DNA of 32,000 nucleotides from assembly GCF_007748075.1 (NCBI RefSeq), contig NZ_CP036280.1:1800001-1832000 (forward strand), written 5' to 3'. Of this stretch, positions 24,714-32,000 are shown one piece after another. The stretch is from Mucisphaera calidilacus. GTDB lineage: Bacteria; Planctomycetota; Phycisphaerae; Phycisphaerales; Phycisphaeraceae. The translations under genes and the position numbers were made by a program. A model generated the notes under the pieces. That model had not been told where the DNA came from. It was given only the letters and a program-made list of their open reading frames with translations, and made no database searches. Position 1 is the stretch's first letter; each line of letters starts with the position of its first letter.

Positions 24714-25244
24714 ATGGATGCTGTGCGCGCCGAGCGAGGCCCGAATCCGATTGCGTTGCTGACCAGTTGGCTGGTGCTGGTCGCGGGCCTGACGCTGATC
24801 GGGACGCTGGTGCTGGGGCCGGACCTGGATCGTGCGGAGCTGGCCGAGGCGCGGACGTGTGTGCTGGAGCAGCGTCTGGACTGGTGGGAGCGTCGGGCGG
24901 GAGCGCACGAGGATTTTCTGGTGGCGTTGCGGGCGGATGACCCCCTGGTGCTGGAGCACCTGGCGCTGACGGAGCTGAATCGGATCGTGCGAGGCAAGCG
25001 GCTGTACGACGAGCGGGTGACGTTCGTCGCACCGAACCCGGCGGTGCTGGGGCACCTGGGCGGGTGGCTGGATGATGCGGCGGGCCCGCTGACGACGGCG
25101 GCGATTTCGGCGCCGCGTCGTGGTTACCTGGACGGGTTGTCGTCGTGGAAGCGTGTGGGGTTGCTGGTGGCAGGGTCGCTGTTCGTGGTGGCGGGGATTT
25201 TGTGGAATCCTCAGGGCGATCGCGGCGTGAATCAGAGCACATAG
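24714..25244 (+). CDS. hypothetical membrane protein (two predicted TM helices)
   Basis: ATG 24714 (MDAVRAERGPNPIALLTSWLVLVAGLTLIGTLVL...). The codon third positions are NNG/NNT, like other + strand genes in this half. The upstream part of track ORF 24465 overlaps miaB and is rejected. Confidence 0.5.
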   Translation: MDAVRAERGPNPIALLTSWLVLVAGLTLIGTLVLGPDLDRAELAEARTCVLEQRLDWWERRAGAHEDFLVALRADDPLVLEHLALTELNRIVRGKRLYDERVTFVAPNPAVLGHLGGWLDDAAGPLTTAAISAPRRGYLDGLSSWKRVGLLVAGSLFVVAGILWNPQGDRGVNQST

Positions 25245-25292
25245 ATCCGGAGCGGGGCTGTGGGGCCTTGAGGCGTGCTGTCTTGGCGAGCG

Positions 25293-25697
25293 TTATTCGG
25301 GGTTCTTGGCGTGGTGTTCGAGCCAGCTGGGGTATCCGCCTCGGAAGTCGTAGACGTCGTTGTATTCGTAGGCGAGGAGTCGTTTGACGACGGCGGGCAC
25401 GCGGTCGTCTTTCCATCCGCTGCCGTAGACGATGATGACGTCGGCGTCGGTGAGTTGGGGGTCGAAGCGCTGGACGTCCTGGAGGGGGAGGTGGCGTGCG
25501 TTGGGGAGGTGTCCGGCCTCGAATTCGGCCTGGGTGCGTACGTCGACGAGGACGGGGTCGTCGTGCTTGTCGAGGTCGCGGAGGACGGTCTTGACGCTGA
25601 CGACACGGAGGTCGCGGTCGCTGATGCCCGATGAGCAGCCGACGAGTGCCGTGGCGAGGAGGATGAGGGCAGCGTTAAGCCAGTTCGAGGTCTTCAT
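25293..25697 (-). CDS. rhodanese-homology-domain lipoprotein (catalytic Cys apparently absent)
   Basis: MKTSNWLNAALILLATALVGCSS is a signal peptide plus lipobox. The rhodanese fold is marked by VLVDVRTQAEFEAGHLPNARHLP...IIVYGSGWKDDR...FRGGYPSW, with Gly at the active-site Cys position. Only the last 134 aa of track ORF 25293-26663 are used. Confidence 0.8.
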   Translation of the reverse strand: MKTSNWLNAALILLATALVGCSSGISDRDLRVVSVKTVLRDLDKHDDPVLVDVRTQAEFEAGHLPNARHLPLQDVQRFDPQLTDADVIIVYGSGWKDDRVPAVVKRLLAYEYNDVYDFRGGYPSWLEHHAKNPE

Positions 25698-26775
25698 AGA
25701 TCGCTCCGAGGGTTCGGTGGACGCGTTCCTGGTGTACGGGTTCGCCTGGCGTTCCGTTCCAGAGGATAACGATGGCGATGCCGTGGGCGGGGTCGGCGAA
25801 GGCGGCGGAGGACTGGTTGCCGGAGTGTCCGAAGGCGTAGTGGCTGGCGTGGGGCCCGTAGCCGTAGGGCACGACCTCCTTGCCGTAGTCCTTGGAGTCG
25901 AGGATGAATCCGAGTCCCCAGTCCATGTTGGCCTTGAAGGTGTGGTCGAAGAGGTTGACGCGGTGTCGTGCGGTGAAGAGCTGGATGGTTTCGGGTTCGA
26001 GGATGCGTTGTCCGTCGAGTTCGCCACCGTCGCAGAGAGCCCGGTAGAAGCGGACGAACTGGACGGCGGGCCCGCAGCCGTTGCTGGCGGGCGAGCATCC
26101 GGTGAGGAAGGGTTTGCCGGTCCAGTCGCGTGGGGGCGCGTCTCTGCGTGCGGTGTCGGGGACGATGCCGATGCGGTCGGCGTTCTGGTCGTAGACGTCC
26201 TCGGGCATGCCGATCCAGCAGTCGTCCATCCTGAGAGGTTCAAAGATGTGGCTTCGGACGAAGTCGGGGTAGGTCTGTCCGCTGACGCGTTGGACGATCT
26301 CGCCGAGGATGAACCAGCTGGTGGTGATGTGGTAGCCGGCTTTCTCGCCCGGGGTCCAGTCGGGTTCGCGTTTTGATTCGTAGATGGTGTTGAGGATGGT
26401 CTGCCAGTCGTCGCGTGGGAATTCGTAGGGCGCGGCGCGGAAGCCGCCGGTGTGGGTGAGGATGTGGCGTGTGGTGACGCGTTGCTTGCCGTGGGTGGCG
26501 AATTCGGGGATGACGGAGGCGACGGGTGCGTCGAGGTCGATGCGTCCGAGTTCCCAGAGCTGAGCGATGGCGACGGCGGCGATGGCCTTGGTGGCGGAGA
26601 GCCAGGGGAGGATGGTGTTGCGGGCCATGTGCTGCCCGGGGCGCATCTCGCCGTAGCATGCACAGTGTGAGATGGTTCCTTCGAAGGAGATGGCGATCTG
26701 CGCGCCGAGGTGCTGTCCCCGTTCGATCCCGGCTTCGACCAGTTGCCCGGCTCGCCCCAGTGAGGTTTCGAGCAT
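25675..26775 (-). CDS. beta-lactamase-family serine hydrolase (class C/EstB-like, PBP-like)
   Basis: The start ATG 26775-26773 overlaps the nuoF stop (ATGA). SATK (SxxK) lies in LPWLSATKAIAAVAI, with FGHSGNQSS (HxG) near the C-terminus. The 3' end overlaps the rhodanese gene start by 23 nt. Confidence 0.85.
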   Translation of the reverse strand: MLETSLGRAGQLVEAGIERGQHLGAQIAISFEGTISHCACYGEMRPGQHMARNTILPWLSATKAIAAVAIAQLWELGRIDLDAPVASVIPEFATHGKQRVTTRHILTHTGGFRAAPYEFPRDDWQTILNTIYESKREPDWTPGEKAGYHITTSWFILGEIVQRVSGQTYPDFVRSHIFEPLRMDDCWIGMPEDVYDQNADRIGIVPDTARRDAPPRDWTGKPFLTGCSPASNGCGPAVQFVRFYRALCDGGELDGQRILEPETIQLFTARHRVNLFDHTFKANMDWGLGFILDSKDYGKEVVPYGYGPHASHYAFGHSGNQSSAAFADPAHGIAIVILWNGTPGEPVHQERVHRTLGAIYEDLELA

Positions 26776-28148
26776 CAGGCGGAGCCGACCACGGCGAGGC
26801 TGACGTATTTCTGTTTGCTCACGCGTGACTCGAACTCGTCCCAGAACTTGTTGACGACGGTTCGGACGGCCCAGTTGGCGCCGTCGGCGAGGCCGCAGAT
26901 GGTGGTCCCGGGCATGGAGCCGACGGAGGAGGCGAGTTCGAGGAGGAGGTCGAGGTCGCGTGTGGTGCCGTCGCCTTCTTCGATGCGGCAGAGCATCTTG
27001 TACATCCAGTTGCAGCCCTCGCGGCAGGGGGTGCACTGGCCGCAGCTCTCGTGGGCGTAGAAGCGGACGATGTTGCGCAGGACGGCGACCATGTCGGTGT
27101 CCTCGTCCATGACGACAACGCCGGCGGTGCCGAGTCCGAGGCAGGCGTACTTCTTGCCGATGTCGAAGTCGAGTTCGGCGTCGTACTGGTCGGTGCCGAG
27201 GATGCCCATGGAGATGCCGCCTGGGATGGCTGCTTTAAACTTCTTGCCGTTGCGCATGCCCTGCGCGTGGTGCTCGATGAGGTAGGAGAGCTTGATGCCC
27301 AGCTCGTCCTCGTAGACCTCGGGGCGGTTGACGTGCCCCGAGATGCCGTAGAGCTTGAACCCGTAGCTGGCGGGGACGGTGGGGGGTGCGCCCTCGGGTC
27401 GGTCGACGCCCATGGACTTGAACCAGGCGGGGCCCTCGGTTCCGCGTTCGACGACGGGAACGACGGCGGCGAGGGTCTCGACGTTGTTGATGATGGTGGG
27501 TCGGCCGAAGGCACCGGCGACGGCGGGGAAGGGAGGCTTGATGCGTGGCCAGCCGCGTTTGCCTTCGAGGGATTCGAGGAGTCCGGTCTCTTCGCCGCAG
27601 ATGTAGGCGCCGGCACCGCGGTGGAGGAAGAGGTCGGGCCAGCGGTCGTTGATTTTCCCGAGTCGGCTGTTCTCGCCGAAGACGCCGTTGTCGTAGGCCT
27701 CGGCAATGGCTTTTTCGAAGGCCTCGCGGTGTCGGTGGTACTCGCCACGGATGTAGAAGTAGGCGGTGTCGAGCCGGCAGGCGTGCATGCAGATGGCGAT
27801 GCCTTCGATGATGATCTGCGGGTCGAACTGGATGAGCAGTTGGTCTTTGAAGGTGCCGGGTTCGGATTCGTCGGCGTTGACGGCGAGGTAGCGTCGTTCA
27901 CCGTCTTCGGGCGGGAGGAAACCCCACTTCATGCCGGCGGGGAAGCCGGCGCCGCCACGGCCGCGGAGTTCGGCGGCCTTGACGAGCTCGACGATGTCCT
28001 TGGGTTCCTGGGCGAGGGCGTACTCGAGGGCCTTGTAGCCGCCGGTCTCGACGTACTCGGGATAGCTGATGTATCGGCGTTCGCTGGGGTCGCCCCATGG
28101 GTGGGTGGGTACCCGTTTGAAGAGGATGGGCTCGTTGAGAAGGGGCAT
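26775..28148 (-). CDS. nuoF: NADH-quinone oxidoreductase subunit F
   Basis: GRGGAGFPAGMKWGF (FMN/NADH site), LAVNADESEPGTFKD and ESCGQCTPCREG (N3 4Fe-4S ligands). 457 aa. Confidence 0.95.
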   Translation of the reverse strand: MPLLNEPILFKRVPTHPWGDPSERRYISYPEYVETGGYKALEYALAQEPKDIVELVKAAELRGRGGAGFPAGMKWGFLPPEDGERRYLAVNADESEPGTFKDQLLIQFDPQIIIEGIAICMHACRLDTAYFYIRGEYHRHREAFEKAIAEAYDNGVFGENSRLGKINDRWPDLFLHRGAGAYICGEETGLLESLEGKRGWPRIKPPFPAVAGAFGRPTIINNVETLAAVVPVVERGTEGPAWFKSMGVDRPEGAPPTVPASYGFKLYGISGHVNRPEVYEDELGIKLSYLIEHHAQGMRNGKKFKAAIPGGISMGILGTDQYDAELDFDIGKKYACLGLGTAGVVVMDEDTDMVAVLRNIVRFYAHESCGQCTPCREGCNWMYKMLCRIEEGDGTTRDLDLLLELASSVGSMPGTTICGLADGANWAVRTVVNKFWDEFESRVSKQKYVSLAVVGSA

Positions 28149-28188
28149 GTCGTTTCTCTCGTGACAAAAGACCTTGAGGCCTGAGAGT

Positions 28189-28434
28189 CTATGGGATCAG
28201 GGGCGGTTCGTCCCGTTTTTCGGGGTCGTTGCGGTCGTCATCGGCGGGTCGCGATCGGATTTCGACCTCCTCGATGGTGACGCGTCGGACGCGTTGGACG
28301 GTTTCGCCGGGCTCGGTGGGCTGGGTGGCCTGGTCCTTCGGCTGCGGCCGGTCGTGGGTTTGATCGCTGACGCCTGCGGTGGCGTGGTGTATGGCCAGCC
28401 CGGCGTTGCGGCAGAGGCGTTGGAACCATCCCAC
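28189..28434 (-). CDS. small hypothetical protein between nuoE and nuoF
   Basis: GTG 28434 lies 11 nt after the nuoE stop. The 81 codons read VGWFQRLCRNAGLAIHHATAGVSDQ...VTIEEVEIRSRPADDDRNDPEKRDEPPLIP. Third positions are mostly C/A, as in the flanking nuo genes. The other frames look like R-rich or G/V/D-rich shadows. No family recognised. Confidence 0.35.
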   Translation of the reverse strand: MGWFQRLCRNAGLAIHHATAGVSDQTHDRPQPKDQATQPTEPGETVQRVRRVTIEEVEIRSRPADDDRNDPEKRDEPPLIP

Positions 28435-28445
28435 GTTGGGTCTCG

Positions 28446-28970
28446 CTATTCGAGTTCGACGAGGATGCGGTCGAGGTCGTTGACGTCGAGGTTCTCGTGG
28501 AGGACCTCGTTGACGAGGGCGCAGGGTGCGGTGCCGCAGGAGCCGAGGCACTCGACCTTCATGAGGGTGAACTTGCCGTCGGGTGTGGTCTCGCCGACGT
28601 TGATGCCGAGCTTCTCCTTGAGGGTCTGGGTGAGGCTTTTCTCGCCCATGATCTCGCAGGAGAGGGACTGGCAGATCCAGAAGACGTACTTGCCCTTGGG
28701 TTCGAGCCAGAATTCTTCGTAGAAGGTGGCGGTGTCGAGGACGGTGGAGGCCTCGAGTTCGAGGAAGTCGGCGATTTCCTCGATGGCCTGGGGCGGCAGC
28801 CATCCGATGCGATGCTGCATGGCGTGGAGGACGGGGAGGGTCGCGGCCTGCCGTGTGGGGTATCGAGCGACGACGTCCTGTTCGAGCTGCTGCTTGAGCT
28901 GCTCATCGAGATAGGGCGTGTCGGTGCGTTCGATGAGTTCGGTGGCGGAGTTCTTGGTGATCCATGCCAT
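28446..28970 (-). CDS. nuoE: NADH-quinone oxidoreductase subunit E
   Basis: Thioredoxin-like 2Fe-2S ligands in WICQSLSCEIMG and VECLGSCGTAPC. 174 aa. Confidence 0.9.
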   Translation of the reverse strand: MAWITKNSATELIERTDTPYLDEQLKQQLEQDVVARYPTRQAATLPVLHAMQHRIGWLPPQAIEEIADFLELEASTVLDTATFYEEFWLEPKGKYVFWICQSLSCEIMGEKSLTQTLKEKLGINVGETTPDGKFTLMKVECLGSCGTAPCALVNEVLHENLDVNDLDRILVELE

Positions 28971-28994
28971 CGTGTCGTCGGGCCTCTCTGCGGT

Positions 28995-30287
28995 TTAGCG
29001 GTCCAGTTCTGCCGCGATGATGTTGATGCTGCTCATCATGGCCACCACGTCGGAGAGCAGGTGTCCTTCCATGATCTTGGGGAAGACGGAGTAGTTGACA
29101 AAGCTGGGTGCGCGGGTCTTGACGCGCCAGGCGGTGGGCCCGCCGTCGCTGACGATGTAGAAGCCGAGTTCGCCGTTGGGAGATTCGGTCGCGGCGTAGA
29201 CCTCGGCGACGGGCGCTTCCCACTTGCGGTTGGTCATGACGAGCTGAAAGTGCTGGATGAGCCCTTCGATGGAGCCGTAGACGTCGGCCTTGGGGGGCTT
29301 GGTCATCTTGCCGTCGGAGTCGATGTTCATGGGCCCGGTGGGGATGTTGTCGATGAGCTGCTCGATGATGCGGGCGGATTCCTTGATCTCGGCGACGCGG
29401 ATGAGGTACCGGCTGAGGACGCACCCCTGGCTGGCGACGGGGACCTTGAACTCGACGGGCTTGGCGCCCATGCCGTCCCAGTTGTCGGCGTAGCAGAGGT
29501 AGGGCTCGTCCTTGCGGACGTCGCGAGCGACGCCCGCGGCGCGTGCGAGGGGTCCGGAGAGCGACCATGCGAGGGCGTCTTCGGCGGAGATGGTGCCGAC
29601 GCCCTCGGTGCGGTCGCGGAAGATGCGGTTGCTGTTGAGGAGTCCTTCGAGGTCGTCAACGGCCTTGGGGAGCTTGTCGTGGATGAAGCTCTTGACCATG
29701 CGGACGAAGGTGGCCTCGTCGGGGAGGTCGGCCATGGTGCCGCCGACGCGTGTGTAGTCAACGTGGAAGCGTTGGCCGGCGACGAAGTCCATGATGTCGT
29801 TGATGAGTTCGCGTTCGTTGAAGCCGTAGATAAAGCCGGTGAAGGCGCCGAGTTCAAGGGCGGCCTCGCCGACGCAGAGGAGGTGGTCCTGGATGCGTCC
29901 GAGTTCGGCGAGGATGGTCCGGACGGCTTTGCAGCGCGGTGTGAGGTCGATGCCGAAGAGTTTTTCGACGGCGTTGTGCCATGCGATGTCGTTGCAGACC
30001 GGCGAGATGTAGTTCATCCGGCTGACGACGCAGACGTACTGGTTGTAGTCGAGTTCTTCGCCGAGTTTTTCGAAGCCGGAGTGGAGGTATCCGATGTGGG
30101 GCGTGGTGCGGACGACGCGTTCGCCGTCGAGTTCGAGGACAACGCGGAGCGTGGTGTGGGTGGCGGGGTGCTGGGGCCCGAAGTTGAGGGTCCAGCGGTC
30201 GCCCTTCGTGCCCGCATCGGGGTCGACGTAGGGCGTCGTCTCCATGTCCACGTCGTAGACGTCCATCGGTTGGAGGTTGTAAGCCAT
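28995..30287 (-). CDS. nuoD: NADH-quinone oxidoreductase subunit D
   Basis: 430 aa with LNFGPQHPATHTTLRV, RMNYISP and the C-terminal DVVAMMSSINIIAAELDR, typical of NuoD/49-kDa subunits. Confidence 0.95.
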   Translation of the reverse strand: MAYNLQPMDVYDVDMETTPYVDPDAGTKGDRWTLNFGPQHPATHTTLRVVLELDGERVVRTTPHIGYLHSGFEKLGEELDYNQYVCVVSRMNYISPVCNDIAWHNAVEKLFGIDLTPRCKAVRTILAELGRIQDHLLCVGEAALELGAFTGFIYGFNERELINDIMDFVAGQRFHVDYTRVGGTMADLPDEATFVRMVKSFIHDKLPKAVDDLEGLLNSNRIFRDRTEGVGTISAEDALAWSLSGPLARAAGVARDVRKDEPYLCYADNWDGMGAKPVEFKVPVASQGCVLSRYLIRVAEIKESARIIEQLIDNIPTGPMNIDSDGKMTKPPKADVYGSIEGLIQHFQLVMTNRKWEAPVAEVYAATESPNGELGFYIVSDGGPTAWRVKTRAPSFVNYSVFPKIMEGHLLSDVVAMMSSINIIAAELDR

Positions 30288-30413
30288 GCGTGCGTTTGCC
30301 TTATCGCCAGGTGCCGGCGTTCGGCCGGTTCGGGGGTGGGATATCGTAGCAATTCATAGCCGGTTCAGAGGCAGGCGGGCCACGGACGGGTCTGAGAATC
30401 TATCCTGATCCGG

Positions 30414-31391
30414 TTGTCGCGTGATGCCCCTGTCCAGCTCGATCCCCGTGAGGCCCGTCGTGTCGTGTTTGATGCGGCGGAGGCGCTGGGTTTTGGTCTG
30501 GTGGGTGTGACGGATTCGCGGGCGAGTGATCACGAGGAGCACGTGCGGGCGTGGGTCGCTGACGGGCAGCATGGCGAGATGGGGTATCTCGCGGAGAACC
30601 TCGATGTGCGGCTGGACCCCGGGCGGCTGCTGTCGGGTTGCCGGTCGATCGTGTGCGTGGCGGATGCGTACCGGGATGACGTGGAGCCGACGGAGGCGGG
30701 GAAGACGGCGCGGTATGCGGGTGGGCGTGATTACCACCGAGTGATGAAGCGGAAGCTTCACGCGCTGGCGGACGGTCTGCGCGAACGGTATCCGGGTGCC
30801 GATTTCAAGACGTGTGTCGATACCGCCCCCCTGCTGGAGCGTGAGCATGCGGCGCGAGCGGGTCTGGGCTGGATCGGGAAGCACACGCTGCTGATTCATC
30901 CGCGTCACGGTTCGTGGCTGCTGCTGGGCTGCCTGCTGACGACGCTTGAGGTGGAGACGAGTGAGGCGGCGGGTTATCCGGGGGCCACGGTTGCGCCGGT
31001 GGATCACTGCGGGACGTGCACGGCGTGCATCGACGCCTGCCCGACGGGTTGTATTTCGCCTTATGCGGTGGATGGCTCGCGTTGCATCAGCTACCAGACG
31101 ATCGAGAAGCGATCGCCGTTCACACCCGAGGAAGAGAGTTCCCTTGCGGGGAATCTGGCGGGTTGTGATATCTGCCAGGAGGTGTGCCCGCACAACCGAT
31201 CGGAGCAGCGCGTGGCTCTGCCGGTGCGTGCGGATTACGAGCCTCGTGGTCATGCGCGCGGCCTGGACCCGTCAAAGGTGGTGTCGTGGGATGAATCGGA
31301 CCGGCTGCGTCACCTGTCGGGCACGGCGTTGATGCGGCTGACGCTCGGGATGCTGCACCGCAATGCTCGGGCGTTGCTGGACGGAGGATGA
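30414..31391 (+). CDS. queG: epoxyqueuosine reductase
   Basis: YAGGRDYHRVMKRKL, GLGWIGKHTLLIHP and the two 4Fe-4S motifs CGTCTACIDACPT and CDICQEVCPHN. The TTG start at 30414 is uncertain. Confidence 0.9.
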   Translation: MSRDAPVQLDPREARRVVFDAAEALGFGLVGVTDSRASDHEEHVRAWVADGQHGEMGYLAENLDVRLDPGRLLSGCRSIVCVADAYRDDVEPTEAGKTARYAGGRDYHRVMKRKLHALADGLRERYPGADFKTCVDTAPLLEREHAARAGLGWIGKHTLLIHPRHGSWLLLGCLLTTLEVETSEAAGYPGATVAPVDHCGTCTACIDACPTGCISPYAVDGSRCISYQTIEKRSPFTPEEESSLAGNLAGCDICQEVCPHNRSEQRVALPVRADYEPRGHARGLDPSKVVSWDESDRLRHLSGTALMRLTLGMLHRNARALLDGG

Positions 31392-31450
31392 CAAAGCAGG
31401 GTGTGATCTTCTAACCTGTCAGGTTCCACTTTGAACTTAGGAGTCAGGAC

Positions 31451-32000
31451 ATGGGTCTGATGGACGGCAAGAAGGGCATCATCTTCGGCGTAGCCAACGA
31501 GCGTAGCTACGCGTACTTCATCGCGAAGCGTCTGGCCGAGCAGGGTGCGGAGCTTTACTTCACGTACCTGCCGATCGGGAAGATGGAGCACCGTGTGAAG
31601 AAGGCCGTGCAGGGCCTGGGGATCGAGGACCCGTGGCTCGTGCCGTGTGATGCGAGTTCGGATGAATCGCTGGACGAGGTGTTCGCAAAGCTCAAGGCGG
31701 ACGCGGGGACGATCGACTTCGTGGTGCACTCGATCGCGTTCGCGGACAAGGATTACCTGGACGACGACAAGTTCCACCAGACGCCTCGTGCGGTGTTCAC
31801 GCAGTCGATGGACATCTCGGCGTACACGCTGGTGGCGATGGCGCAGCGTGCGCAGCCGCTGATGCCCGAGGGCGGTTCGATGCTGTCGCTGACGTATTAC
31901 GGCGGGGAGAAGGTGGTGCCTCGCTACAACGTGATGGGCGTGGCGAAGGCGTGCCTGGAGCACACGACGCGTTACCTCGCGTTCGAGCTGGGCGACAAGG
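31451..32000 (+). CDS. fabI: enoyl-[acyl-carrier-protein] reductase (NADH), 3' end runs off the window
   Basis: My own translation from ATG 31451 (AGGAG 8 nt upstream) gives MGLMDGKKGIIFGVANERSYAYFIAKRLAEQGAELYFTY...SIAFADK...SLTYYGGEKVVPRYNVMGVAKACLE, the classic FabI SDR pattern. Confidence 0.9.
   Translation, partial: MGLMDGKKGIIFGVANERSYAYFIAKRLAEQGAELYFTYLPIGKMEHRVKKAVQGLGIEDPWLVPCDASSDESLDEVFAKLKADAGTIDFVVHSIAFADKDYLDDDKFHQTPRAVFTQSMDISAYTLVAMAQRAQPLMPEGGSMLSLTYYGGEKVVPRYNVMGVAKACLEHTTRYLAFELGDK

Noticed and set aside
25698-26663. N-terminal ~320 aa (Pro/Ser/Thr-rich) of the 456-aa track ORF 25293-26663
   Set aside because: This part is an alternate frame of the serine-hydrolase gene. 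Only the last 134 aa, starting at MKTSNW with a signal peptide and lipobox, form a credible rhodanese-like protein.
28497-30359. 620-aa + strand ORF rich in Gly/Val/Asp/Ala, plus similar ORFs at 27051-28184, 23208-24446, 21396-22349 and 25432-26376
   Set aside because: They are antisense to well-supported genes (nuoD/E, nuoF, miaB, the esterase, the serine hydrolase). The G/V/D/A-rich composition is the signature of the reverse complement of high-GC coding sequence.
1-32000. CRISPR arrays, rRNA genes, IS elements or transposases
   Set aside because: I saw no regularly spaced direct repeats with unique spacers, no rRNA-like conserved stretches, and no transposase-like ORF or terminal inverted repeats.

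Overview
High-GC chromosomal segment, probably from a Planctomycetota (Phycisphaerae-like) genome. The clues are three tandem prepilin-leader/H-X9-DG (DUF1559) paralogs, a PEP-CTERM protein, dockerin-like motifs and weak Shine-Dalgarno usage. Gene content is mostly housekeeping. It includes partial cobA, a PilZ protein, a HIT protein and a complete mrpABCDEFG antiporter operon with six ATGA start/stop overlaps. An orphan nuoC is coupled to an unknown acidic protein. Further genes are a nucleoside-phosphorylase-like gene, nadD, gdhA, a tRNA-Ala(UGC) with a decayed accessory patch beside it (hicB-like, DUF1801, possible integrase remnant), ispG, a sulfotransferase, manA, a PEP-CTERM protein, an esterase, a SAM methyltransferase and miaB. 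A nuoD-nuoE-orf-nuoF operon continues into a beta-lactamase-family serine hydrolase and a rhodanese-like lipoprotein, followed by queG and partial fabI. The main observation is at window scale. The + strand is C/A-rich at synonymous sites from 1 to about 19.7 kb and G/T-rich from about 20.1 kb to 32 kb, whatever the gene orientation. This flip has the polarity expected at a replication origin. It sits next to an unusually structured, AT-richer 269-bp spacer (20347-20615) between convergent genes. That spacer holds five helically phased CGTTTT repeats flanked by two inverted-repeat pairs of a TTGTGCGC box. No dnaA, dnaN or par genes are in the window, so this is a candidate non-canonical oriC. 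A rearrangement or assembly junction is the alternative. No CRISPR array, rRNA or intact mobile element was seen. Many long ORFs in the supplied track are alternate-frame or antisense shadows typical of high-GC DNA and were not called.
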